64,000 nt of DNA from Candidatus Woesearchaeota archaeon (GCA_028818155.1 JAPPOH010000005.1:29943-93942); one strand, 5' to 3'. Shown: positions 40,001 to 45,121, counted from the first letter of the stretch. Notes: generated from the sequence alone by a model not told the origin. A program made the numbers and translations.

Positions 40001-41267
40001 TCGGGTCTGTGACAAGCAGTTGTATATCTGCGTTACTCACGAGGAATCCGTTGTTGTCGAGCACAACCATGACGATTTCTGCTGTCTCATTCGGGCGATA
40101 GATGGGCTTTCTTGTGTTGACTGTGGCAACGCCTGTCTCTGCGTAGCCAGGATCGCCAGGGTAGAGGAGAATATCGTACTGTTCTCCTGGCCTGAGGTAC
40201 TTGTGCAATTCCCATGTGCCGAAGCATGTTTGTGTGGTGAAGTTCCATTTTGCACACTTCCAGAGTTGGCTTCCTTGTGCCGTACTCGTCGCTGTTGCAT
40301 TACTGAAGTTCAAATTGTCAAGGTTAATCGCGTATGCTTTGAGTACAGGATCGCCGTTGATCTCAACGCTTTCTTTCGGGAGATCATCAATGCCAATTTC
40401 AATCGTTTCCTGCGGTACACAGTCGTGAATATCTAGCTTTTGTACTGCTCTACTGTCTGGCGTGACGTGGACTTCGTATGAGTTGTTGCTGTTTTTCTCA
40501 AACTTGACAGCTGCGTATCGTCCTTGCCCTTCATTATTCACAACGCCGAAGGTAAAGAGGCCATGCTCATTTTCAAACTCTTGTGCCGGAACGTCAACAA
40601 TGAGTGCAGGTTCTGGTTCTTCTATCTCATCACCGGGCTCTGGTTCGTCAGGTGTTGGTTGTGGAAGGAGTGCTGGTTGGACGGTGAATGCATGTCTCCC
40701 TACGACGGCACCATTCTCGGAGATGATGATTTCGTGCAAGCCTGGATACTTTGGCACGAACGGTGAATCTCGCCATGGGCCGAAGTATTTGAACAAGCCA
40801 CCAGGGCCGTTGATGATGATCTTGATATCTTGTGTTGGGGGTGGTGTGATGGATATGTGGACGTTTTGCTCTGCTCTCGGTTCTTCGCTGATGGTGATTG
40901 TCCTTGTCTTATTCGTCTCGTTCGCTTCTTGGACGGTGAATATGTCTTGGTGCACAACCTGTCCTGAGCTGTCGATGAGTTGGACGGTGTATTCGCCCGG
41001 TGTTTTCGGCACGAATGGAACAACCTCCCCTGGTTCATCTAGGAGCCTGTACTTTGCTTCCGGCGCGAAGATCATGATACGTGAGCTGTCGTTTGTTGTG
41101 TTGATGAGGACGGGTTCTCCAACGTTGTAGAGTGTTTTGTCTGTGATTGCTATTGTGAGTGGAAGGATTACTAAGAGTGCTACAATGAAGGCGTACTTGG
41201 CTGTGGTGGATTGTCCTCTAGCCATGTTTCCACCTCTTGATGATCGTTGGATAGAATGTGTGTCCAT
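25047..41267 (-). CDS. giant secreted/anchored multi-domain protein (5406 aa; about 5392 aa if it starts at the alternative ATG 41225). It has an N-terminal signal anchor, two copies of the ~270-aa Cys-rich cassette domain, at least two CARDB-like domains, many Ig-like and FN3-like repeats, and the conserved C-terminal domain
   Basis: Uninterrupted 16.2-kb ORF. N-terminal hydrophobic segment AKYAFIVALLVILPLTIAITD. The alternative start 41225 overlaps the upstream regulator's stop by 8 nt (CATGGCTAG). The C-terminal ILWDTSDGGSA...GIYDYEIKIPATL matches the 2785-aa protein. Confidence 0.9.
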   Translation of the reverse strand: MDTHSIQRSSRGGNMARGQSTTAKYAFIVALLVILPLTIAITDKTLYNVGEPVLINTTNDSSRIMIFAPEAKYRLLDEPGEVVPFVPKTPGEYTVQLIDSSGQVVHQDIFTVQEANETNKTRTITISEEPRAEQNVHISITPPPTQDIKIIINGPGGLFKYFGPWRDSPFVPKYPGLHEIIISENGAVVGRHAFTVQPALLPQPTPDEPEPGDEIEEPEPALIVDVPAQEFENEHGLFTFGVVNNEGQGRYAAVKFEKNSNNSYEVHVTPDSRAVQKLDIHDCVPQETIEIGIDDLPKESVEINGDPVLKAYAINLDNLNFSNATATSTAQGSQLWKCAKWNFTTQTCFGTWELHKYLRPGEQYDILLYPGDPGYAETGVATVNTRKPIYRPNETAEIVMVVLDNNGFLVSNADIQLLVTDPNNITTNITTIIETSDGVYEAIYTPEQEGTYDLFVEAHDVNVNQSMLSFFLVQEHYPFDIIRNAPVTIDPFKELLAVSVTVTSFNHSGAFNYTEVLPINFTNITSTATQTQDTTNIFLTWNNLSNGSTVSYTATIPKITPELYQLGQSKVAYDTTTITEARPWYLAIDPEFSDEPVVESDVTALDEDLYVVAYIEETSQDASFRIIHTNETDLYGAIDIDTDVQDGSSNWGRIDAATINTTHFLINLYDADDDTNYIYVYNKSGHHTYRPIGEAGSTQVEDFNFQYITFANTYSNAPVVIATPASQNAAAADDNNGFVPVVKDVTSTGFNVSLCRDNAATTCDTDTDLETVHYVVVDPDAITAYDWIAAGTTAGINHNGADNAVSFGKTLSGTPFVFATPQTYTQTAGEMAMNTWIEGADTNASHTTVLGCVHEDTGDTCTGGDSTETVGWIAIDTGNHKIGGFQSGSADISNSDWTAATFTPTFADPIVMVTQNDDDGGQDPQYPWARNVVAGGMDFRYCEQDGNDDCDTHTGELVYWGAFEQGTIGAPFILDTDAGVNVDVSSAYIQNRIVSAWVDDTSGDDLHGMIHYLNGSVEATEFDIDDNVAPDQNLQNLVSVVPVSDTRWFVSWFDDATDDLTAALYDETGSIVAGPSGADLDVGGTSQMALAGLRDEDIAMFYYDSPESTVKMLVVDTSADSISAAVGPVNIDTSVTSQVRLDVAEIEADNESMFVLTWYDQGEDVIEAVVYNRTGTLITPAFNISTNINDTYRLHGVAGYNSQHEAGLCNGTFVVSFTNSSAVGERKLFLVNGSTWDGFCGFDDIAPNITLNSPANDSTVPTSLTDFNWTADDDQAVFLSCNLTINGNVEATIGSSAGVAANKSLILSDGLYIWNVTCQDTFGNVNTSETRFVTVDVPTGYVDASQGQDVALAALDNTTIIVTWVDVDSNHTSFEVWDANGTLLVPEVDIDTTVDDSSRIAAAPINETHFVVIVNDGPEEDVDFYIYHENGSAVVGQTQVDADVNIFTDMGVCQYGAEFIVAYGEDLNNDYDGEIYTNDGTLSVSEFNIDGNIAPAQTLQNLVDCTTTNSTRAVTAWFDDSQNDLSARIIPNTGASIINNITDIDTNIGETGQVAIAHIGGERVGIVYFDSAVNHVNLTVLDVGGDTFTTIGSAAVDTDLGTETRVAAAEVEFQGTSNIAVVWQDRADNSIKASVFDNNGSYVAGPFNITSEPDATYLLHDAIGADTQLGFGICEGSFVVAFTNSSGDLVWKGFYQDGGEWGGTCIVDEEEPTIVLNAPLVSESFAVSLITFNWTATDNTDPELACDLIVDGAIRLGNIPSPNGTATTRSVEVANGAHTWNVTCTDNRANKNTSEQRAFTVNAPSEFNDLELPKFGEVGILLYANLTDPENPLQRNWTGVLGEEENIFGALGSNISWYRFVCAQRRPECYAMIQEVDNSIDFAVFDIVNRVWHNITQVEPNRGLDVQRSFDVACEDLVSEDCLVVYETANGLDGDFAYRLWNGDNLSTEQTYSISGAPNNDFRWLELCAQKDTNLIGMGIQNDAGTGDIYATVWDGDNNVFNHTINVTLEADGDDRKQFSCAWEGNSGEMLFAYGNNSDDLYAWRFQPSTNAWTHLGNIYDGLGAEAREVHLCGESPSTGSFAHDYIGVMTCDQDADRDGGYWDGSAFSKALSSETPVQDTASECGGNEGTAALHSTSCAIEKSGDQIVYVWVDANEDFPEGGFYTISSNSWSFSDWGEGNPIGQPGGGDVGHVITSSSPGNDEIFVYDQGEDDTLSCALWTGRAFTDVGCGDFENDGTATSPGAYIEFEWQRMTHEPLIEFIEPADVVSTYTYTGITHPSNIHALYDGANGSLLPTSTPVRETEISTSSYSSVTTSNNVRLATTTTTDTGESVYQSFRFEVTESPIDIEEILFFYEGYVTQQTFQTADTFYIYVFNHTSNSYTRIHEANNTIAADMYIELELQGVDDILDDGDLHILIVGNQTTAAGIDARADIFTDYVEVRTRMRPNIRLTQLSNISAEDDNGVDVCDYYYHNDTIGIGPEGTLKANATSFYNSSDTTVAANALYNLTAECNDTFGAENNETIDVRIDNVAPSIALDTPGNNTSPPTSNVTFGWNGTDDFTGTLICNLTIDDILNVSNVAADVGGQANVTVFSVPDGTHNWSVTCIDQAGNSATSETFYFTQNTGPPTVTLNAPAANAFLNESTVLFNYTPVDPIGIGNCTLILDGVANETNTSVTANQPNFFNITGISNGVHLWSVNCTDLGGFEGSSSTRNFTVDTIGPLALLNTTDGITFTEGVASLNFTVFDNLDTELLCNITINGVVEDSNIPSPARAYDKSCDETIGEAGAVQVEDFQFAYITYNRTYTSTPVVIATPASQNAGAAEDDNGFVAVVKDVTTTGFNVSLCSDNGATTCDTTTELEDVHYVVIDVDAIAGYDWIAAGTSTGIQGNGVEQTMSFGKTLSGVPHVWGTMQTYTQNAGEMAMGFWFDDADTTTSQTGLTGCVHEGIANDCTGSDATETIGWVAITPDEQIVGYQNSSAAIASSTWTAATFTPAYTTPIVMVAQNDDAGGQDTQYRWARSVVAGGMDFRYCEQDAADTCDTHAAELMVWGAFEEGNVSGPPPDGCAEVMINRNLTLPDGLHFWNVTCVDEAGNYNISETRNFTIVGPPFIELQVPVNGTTQSGNTVNFTYYVQDGDGIGNCSLIIDDVVNRSNTTGLTVPGNNSFIVNNMATGVHTWTVNCTDNLGENGTAYNGPYTINIDGIPPFINLSLPLNDTTALIPAINFNFTPIDDFSANMTCNLTIDGVVDSGNLNFNAPNNTLTNRVQTLGNGIHEWNVTCSDASGNVNTSETRFVTVNITLPVNISVVTDKSNYQQGEIVNITVTVFNSSWAQLNTNVTTDIIYTNASTTGAPWWNTSWGRRIAIDLNETTNSPRYGEVVLVNISNLDGYNTDCDTELRIVEFKNNVTVELPRTIVDGNGTHYCEVFFAANITANAFDQDRYFAYFNNTGASGSPANATVASRGNVQRGTVDGTGADFIVELPTPVTVANSFLLFTANSADTSPDGNRFTGNITNSTHLHFSRYLGTAAANISWQVIEHEDITMQQGNNTLTSGTLTTTADIAEVDVTKSFIVVSASGDSTSTSLNNIAFVRGHFVNSTQIEFERLTGGAESNVAWQVVTWEGTRVQNGTATMDAGDTIETVVINAFNDTRSFIIMSRTIANDTGLDENHVRAEFVGSDRVSFERSVGANGVAMIDWFMVEMPRRTVTQVDDSAFSTDTSVAINEVVLNRTFHISTWESTGGGTTYTNAMLIATLTNGTNLSYDKQTASNTNTVTTFVVELSNYSSIEAILTGHQIHLQQDINESGVGGNFTNLWNSSGRDFGNYSAVGRAVADPDSLGVDHAIFGIASDIFPPEVTILAPPNNTIDDVTDITFVYTANDLGTTIANCSLLLNGEINQTNTTITEMVNQSFLIENMGEGDYSWTVQCTDTVGNIGNATNGPFRLIIDETDPVVTAIDPDGTVHSSNDILFNFTVADNVDLLLFCNISVDEGTYWNTTTAVNGSVTTGAVSGIGDGFHYWNVTCYDDNNNTGISNTLNFTNDAAPLVVLTTPVDGYGTPVGNISFNYTVVESSLSNCSLIIDGIVNQTKNSSEIPNQDGDDPNEFNLTGIPEGVHNWTVTCVDTNGFSGSGSPVREFHVDSGTPTVTLNAPANNATFFVTTVDFNFTAIDNIDPVLDCNVTVNGDVNITTTADNGTATVVTGSGFTAGNYSWNVTCIDNTGFVNTSETLNFSVSPDVNVILNSPDDNASDSDGDVTFIYTPQSVADFDSGGFCELIIDGSNNQTDGTITNNAENNFTLESLNEGSYTWQVNCTDNDVVRGASEIRTIYIDFTNPTVQPHHPNGTTFAVSTILFNWTAIDNIDPTLSCNVSLDSVLVAGDIDSPNGSVANTTISSINDSLHLWEVSCTDDSGRIGASDTFNFTVNEPPKVVLDAPSNGTRAAVTSFMLNYTPTDNSENIGNCTLIVNGLNNQTNTTVSHNVTNDFNLTALAHGEYNWTVSCIDLSSNEGINDTNYTFYVDLFGPTIILNLPLDLETLNSNNVTFNWTPIDHPGSTVNCSLFVTNASNNITVTGITGTANTDFNTTVAGLADGSHDWNVTCSDDLGNTNNSLTQSFVINQPDLVLNETSRINFNETNPDLGETINITANVSNIGGTGANDVLVQFWDGLPSAGGTLIGNDTQTVAFNSSTIFSVSWNITFGYHEIFVSADPDGLIGELVENNNNASRNISLLFANITQPLENNITADTTPQIDFNISDFTGGNLSYVIYVDDTANGQVGVVQDLQNNSLNITALADGVHTIIVQANDTLQRFKNSTPLTIRIDTTAPNVTFLTQNDSWYAVTNVTIEFNITDVFSANLNYTFYLDGTLNHTNTTTNNTRNTVNLSNLAEGQHTVTVEAEDELGNIDNSTVLTFYVDLTPPVPNTTTANNTWFNTLTPGIDFNITDNLDPILNYTIYVDGVANTNGTSTNGVEATATLNAITEGNHTIIVQALDEAGHVVNDTEIVIYVDVTPPNVTLLTPLNDTNLSSTSVTLNFTVSDNLGTPLICNLTLDDVVVSVNVSVTNGSFHNFTVNDLNSGYHFWNATCIDNATNAGISETWQFFVELSDLEINAGNITFSNSTPIENQTVEVNATVFNIGNLNATNITVQFFLGDPDLGGVQINGNATIASLGIGENTTVSMNHSAVIGLNRIYVLVDPPLATNGSIAEENESNNEAFRDFNVGHFEIFAGTSGNELKISDASIISAFKWNQTNVTGSNVFVADTDSSLIFTSLQAIGRNTTNGTDTGNDDFEEIDQQLNATSLNDSVNLTWTSGGAPVASITLQSFKRTITDIPVVNSTNTSSFVTGILWDTSDGGSAYNTSQDIVFVTIMNESQAGQYGIYDYEIKIPATLRDYILGGGSVSFYTELR
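32090..32930. repeat. copy B of ~820-bp intragenic repeat cassette (within 5406-aa gene)
   Basis: Same alignment as copy A. The antisense ORF 32698..33318 peptide MSHVVAPLSLHKLTLNPVVVTSFTTATKPL... parallels MSVSHVVAALSRQRLTLNPVLVTSFTTGTKPL... at 38968. Confidence 0.8.
38370..39210. repeat. copy C of ~820-bp intragenic repeat cassette (within 5406-aa gene, ~5.4 kb from copy B)
   Basis: Same alignment as copies A and B. Confidence 0.8.
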
Positions 41268-41697
41268 GGATTAAGCGTCCTGGTTTCGCGAAAAAGTCAC
41301 TTCTCAGGAATTCCTTGACGGTGAGCCAGCGTGCATTGACCGCTTCTGATCTTGTGAAGTCCTTTGTGATGATTAAGAGGCCGTCTGGTCGTTCGAACGC
41401 CAATTTAATGTTGTATTCTTTGGCGTGCTTCTCTATCCATTCGTGTTTTTTGTTGTCTGTGTGGACTAAAGAAAGAAGGAGTAATGCTGCGTTGTTGTTT
41501 AGATTGATGCGGCAGTTGTGGCTGTGGCCGATTGTCTCTTTTGTGAGGATGTTGTCGTTGAGAAGTTTTGTTGCAGTTTTGTGTGTGTTCGCGTATGCGG
41601 TGCCGGTATTTTGTGCGAGTTGTCGTATTGTGTATGCTGCGCGCAAGTCGTGTGCAAATACTGCTATCAGTCTCAGTGTCAGTTTTGTTACTTGCAT
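41218..41697 (-). CDS. winged-HTH DNA-binding protein (159 aa), putative transcriptional regulator; first gene of the giant-gene transcription unit, stop overlapping the start region of the 5406-aa gene
   Basis: HTH-like segment YTIRQLAQNTGTAYANTHKTATKLLNDNIL. ATG start at 41697. Divergent promoter region with a palindrome array immediately upstream. Confidence 0.7.
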   Translation of the reverse strand: MQVTKLTLRLIAVFAHDLRAAYTIRQLAQNTGTAYANTHKTATKLLNDNILTKETIGHSHNCRINLNNNAALLLLSLVHTDNKKHEWIEKHAKEYNIKLAFERPDGLLIITKDFTRSEAVNARWLTVKEFLRSDFFAKPGRLIHGHTFYPTIIKRWKHG

Positions 41698-41699
41698 TC

Positions 41700-41805
41700 G
41701 CTGCCTATTATAGCATTTCTGCTATGATATTATAGCTTTTGTTTATAAAGGTCTTTATAAGAGTTGTGCCTGTTGCGCGTATTATAGTAAAAAAGCTATA
41801 ATAAG
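41700..41805. promoter_or_regulatory. divergent intergenic region with repeated TATTATAGC motif, including a perfect 8-bp inverted repeat TATTATAG-N8-CTATAATA; candidate operator array for the wHTH regulator
   Basis: TATTATAGC at 41707, 41729 and 41780. The inverted copy GCTATGATA is at 41721, and GCTATAATA at 41795-41803 (inverted-repeat half CTATAATA at 41796-41803). AT-rich TATA-like context on both strands. Confidence 0.5.
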
Positions 41806-41808
41806 GTT

Positions 41809-42552
41809 GTGGTCGAAAAGCTTAAATATCATCACTCAAGAGTAGTGTATATGTCGTCTTCACGAGAAAGAGCCGAAGCACTCATGGAACAATTGCGACC
41901 GAAAGGAAGAGCTATGGGAGAAGAAGCGCTTCGCAATAGAGATCTTACAGGACTCCTCAACGCAGAGCTTCTTGTTCGAGATTCATATTCTCTCGATAAC
42001 GTAGCGTGGGTATTTGACTTAGGCTCAGATTACGACAGGTATTCAGCAGACGACTACATTAGCGACAGGCTCAAAGAAACTCAACATGGAGAGACCGCGA
42101 CAGCAGCTCTCGAATTGTATGGTTCTCTTCCAGCAGGAAACACAGCTCTTGCTCTTAAACAAACATCCGATGGCAAGTACGTCGCCCTGGGACGCTTTCC
42201 GAAAGGGACAAAAATACTGCATCCAAATTGGCGAGATCGAGAGGGCTATGTGTATCTCGACTCACCAAAAGAGGAATATGTTCTATTCGTGCCAACAAGT
42301 GGCTGTACAAAAAGAGCGTGCGAACTTCTCACACAATTGAATGAGCAAACACATACGCGTGACCCTCTCGGAGTTAATGATGTCCAGAACGAACTCTCAG
42401 GTGGTGAAGTTCTTACAGTATTACAGTTTTCAGGTACGACAGCACGGGAAGCATGGGACTATCTCCATGCAGGAGTCGCCGGTGTATTCGATAACAGTTC
42501 TTCAGGAGAAGATATACAGAGATACAGGATTCCTTCTGAAATGTTTAGATGA
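41809..42552 (+). CDS. hypothetical protein (247 aa; probable true start at internal Met ~41851)
   Basis: ORF-track ORF with no recognisable motifs. It is divergent from the regulator gene. Confidence 0.55.
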   Translation: MVEKLKYHHSRVVYMSSSRERAEALMEQLRPKGRAMGEEALRNRDLTGLLNAELLVRDSYSLDNVAWVFDLGSDYDRYSADDYISDRLKETQHGETATAALELYGSLPAGNTALALKQTSDGKYVALGRFPKGTKILHPNWRDREGYVYLDSPKEEYVLFVPTSGCTKRACELLTQLNEQTHTRDPLGVNDVQNELSGGEVLTVLQFSGTTAREAWDYLHAGVAGVFDNSSSGEDIQRYRIPSEMFR

Positions 42553-42726
42553 TCACCATTCCATCATCATTCCTAGCTTTGCCTAGAAAGATTCGAGATC
42601 TTCATTTTTTACATTCGGGATGATGTCGAATCAATCAAATCTCTCAAGAAAATCAAGAACTTCAGTATCGCCTGCTTTAGTTGCCGCATCTTGGATTCTT
42701 GCAATCATATTTGGTCTGTCAAACCA

Positions 42727-43917
42727 CTACCGCTCAATTTCTCCTCGTTGGGTTAATTCATACGTGCTCCCAAAACCCATATGGAGACTCAACATAACCT
42801 CTCTATATCCACCACTTTCAATTGCATCGTGCATCTGCGTAACAAGCGCCTCTCCAAGGTCATATGCATCGACACCATACATTTTCTCGTAAGTGCGTAT
42901 GCCTCTATCAAGTCCAACAAAACCTCTGTCACTTACATGCTCAATTGCATCCGTGACATAGTCTCTCACTTCGTCGTGGAGATCGAAAACATCATACCCT
43001 GCTTCTGCTGAATACTTGAGGAAATCATCTAAGCTCGATATATTGTGATTATTAAGTGCTGTCCGTTCTATATCGACGTGCATGTACGGATCCTTCTCAC
43101 CACGTAACGCCTCCAAAAAGTCAATCGCATTGTGTGCCCAACTCAGGTTTCCATTATTGGCGAGCGAATCCACCCATGACGTAACGGAATCAATGTACTG
43201 TTTTGCGGTGTCGCTCGTAGTTTCGATGAGATATTGTACAGTATCTCTCAGATCTTGCACGTCAACAATACTTCCATCCATCGCGCTGAGGACTTCTTCA
43301 CGAAGGAACGGTGTCCAAGCATCTGCTGTGCCATGAAGTTTCATCTCTTCTATTGCGTATGCGAACTTACGATCTGCCATGGCTTTCTCTACAACTTGGT
43401 TCGAGAGTTCATTAGGAACTGCGGCATGCTTTCTGAGGAGTTGCAATGCCTCTGCAACCTTGCTGTAATTCGGTGCAGGAACATCCATCATGATCTTCCG
43501 TTCCAAGCTGCGATGAATCGACTCTGTCAGTTCACTTGCATACCCTGCAGGATCTTCTCCAAAAAGCGCAGCCTGATGTTCGAGTCGAGAACCTACATAG
43601 GTAATGATTGTATCTTCATTTGCTATAGCATCGAGAATCTCGCGCTGCCACGTGCCAAAGTGTGCTTGGGTAGGAAGATTGCATGCCTGGAGCCGTTTCA
43701 GCGCTGCGATTTTACTCGGTGTACTGGCAATGCCAGATCGTTCACTCACTCCTTTATCGAGTGCTACAGGATCACAGCGTTCTTGCGCATACAGTCCGAG
43801 AGGTGTGAGTAGCGTGGCGAGCGTGCTCAGTACTACCTTCGAAAAGAGTCTCCGCATAGCAGAGTTACAGAGGAGTAACTTATAAAGTTTTCTTTTTTTG
43901 TTACTTATAAGTGGCAA
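42727..43917 (-). CDS. secreted hypothetical protein (signal peptide MRRLFSKVVLSTLATLLTPLGLYAQE; likely start ~43857), all-helical by composition
   Basis: ORF-track ORF with an N-terminal hydrophobic signal after an internal Met. Confidence 0.65.
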   Translation of the reverse strand: MPLISNKKRKLYKLLLCNSAMRRLFSKVVLSTLATLLTPLGLYAQERCDPVALDKGVSERSGIASTPSKIAALKRLQACNLPTQAHFGTWQREILDAIANEDTIITYVGSRLEHQAALFGEDPAGYASELTESIHRSLERKIMMDVPAPNYSKVAEALQLLRKHAAVPNELSNQVVEKAMADRKFAYAIEEMKLHGTADAWTPFLREEVLSAMDGSIVDVQDLRDTVQYLIETTSDTAKQYIDSVTSWVDSLANNGNLSWAHNAIDFLEALRGEKDPYMHVDIERTALNNHNISSLDDFLKYSAEAGYDVFDLHDEVRDYVTDAIEHVSDRGFVGLDRGIRTYEKMYGVDAYDLGEALVTQMHDAIESGGYREVMLSLHMGFGSTYELTQRGEIER

Positions 43918-43960
43918 TATTTAGAAATTTTTATAAAGGTACACCAAATCACGTAGTGCA

Positions 43961-45121
43961 ATGCCTCACTCCGTCGTCGTCACGTTCGATCCAGATCGAT
44001 ACCGAGACAATTCCGCAAGTCACATAGTACACGCTTTAAGAAGAAACCACGAATTTTCTGTTGACAAACTCACATTTCGCTCGAGAAGCGAGCTAGAAGC
44101 TTCACAAGAACGGCACAAAGAGACGCTCGCTGCTGCAGACGTTATTGTACACAACAGTTTTCTCTTATATGAACAAGCAAGAGCTGAAGTGATGGGCATT
44201 CACGACGAACACAACGCATTCCATGCAGTACTCAACGAGGAGATCAGCGGCATCGCGGCTGCTGGAACCTCTATAGTACTTTCCTACAATGCAAACCTCG
44301 GTGATTCGGACGCACGTGCAGCAGGGATTCCAACAGTGCCGAAGATATCTGTTGATGCATGGAAACAGGATCCGTTTTACCCAGCAGTGTTCAGACACAA
44401 AGGATCTTGGAAAGGAAAAGGTATTTTTTGTATCGACAACTATGATCAGTTCGAGCGCCTACTTGATGAGGGGTATTTTCAACGTCAACCTCGACGTTGG
44501 CGTAAACAAGCTTCACGACTTGACCCAGATGATATCGATGTGATGCGAATGATCGACACACCGAGCGATTTTTTCACACATTACCGGGTTTTCACTGCAG
44601 GAAATGGAGAAATCCTTGGCGCAGTGCTTTCGTATTCAGCCCAGAAGAAGAACGCAGGCGAAACAGTGACTGGCATATCAGGCATTTTAGGCCCAGATTG
44701 GACTCAAGCATATTTCACTCCAAGAAGTCCATTTTATCTAGGATTGCGCAAGATCACTTCGAACAGCAGTACTGGTGGCAGACAAATTACATTGGATCCG
44801 ACAAGCGACGCAAGATGTATTACACAGCTAGAAGAACAGATATTGGAGGATCATGGTGTAGTGGATCAAAAACTGCCTGGTGATCTTCGAGGATACGCTT
44901 TAGCAATCGCGAGACTATACGCTCCTTCCGGAGGGTATGCTTTGGGCATCGATTTCTTCCAAGAGAGAGAAACGAAAATGCTTGGGGAAGTGAACTTAAG
45001 TCCTGGGAGTCGCATCTTCTCAACGTTGTTCAACAATGGAAGACATCATGAAGACACTGCTCGTCGCATCGGGGGAGAGAAAATCGCAGAGGCGATGTAC
45101 AGACAACTACATGCCGCTTAG
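43961..45121 (+). CDS. ATP-grasp family enzyme (RimK-like ligase fold), 386 aa
   Basis: Motifs KGSWKGKGIFCID, YRVFTAGNGEILGAV and GIDFFQERETKMLGEVNLSPG resemble ATP-grasp signatures (GVDLL...EVNxxPG). Confidence 0.6.
   Translation: MPHSVVVTFDPDRYRDNSASHIVHALRRNHEFSVDKLTFRSRSELEASQERHKETLAAADVIVHNSFLLYEQARAEVMGIHDEHNAFHAVLNEEISGIAAAGTSIVLSYNANLGDSDARAAGIPTVPKISVDAWKQDPFYPAVFRHKGSWKGKGIFCIDNYDQFERLLDEGYFQRQPRRWRKQASRLDPDDIDVMRMIDTPSDFFTHYRVFTAGNGEILGAVLSYSAQKKNAGETVTGISGILGPDWTQAYFTPRSPFYLGLRKITSNSSTGGRQITLDPTSDARCITQLEEQILEDHGVVDQKLPGDLRGYALAIARLYAPSGGYALGIDFFQERETKMLGEVNLSPGSRIFSTLFNNGRHHEDTARRIGGEKIAEAMYRQLHAA

Noticed and set aside
2010-41130. Dozens of plus-strand ORFs of 60-260 aa inside the giant-gene block, for example 3452..4216, 9744..10319, 19474..20166, 20779..21369, 36543..37151 and 40462..41130.
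   Set aside because: They are antisense to uninterrupted giant minus-strand ORFs and compositionally odd (Cys/Arg/Ile-rich, from reverse-complemented N-x-T/S codons). The conserved-looking ones (32698..33318 versus 38968..39204) only reflect the ~820-bp DNA repeat.
41700-41805. A possible CRISPR-like array, because of the short repeated TATTATAGC units.
   Set aside because: The units are only 9 bp, irregularly spaced and partly inverted, and no cas genes are present. They are more consistent with operator or promoter repeats.
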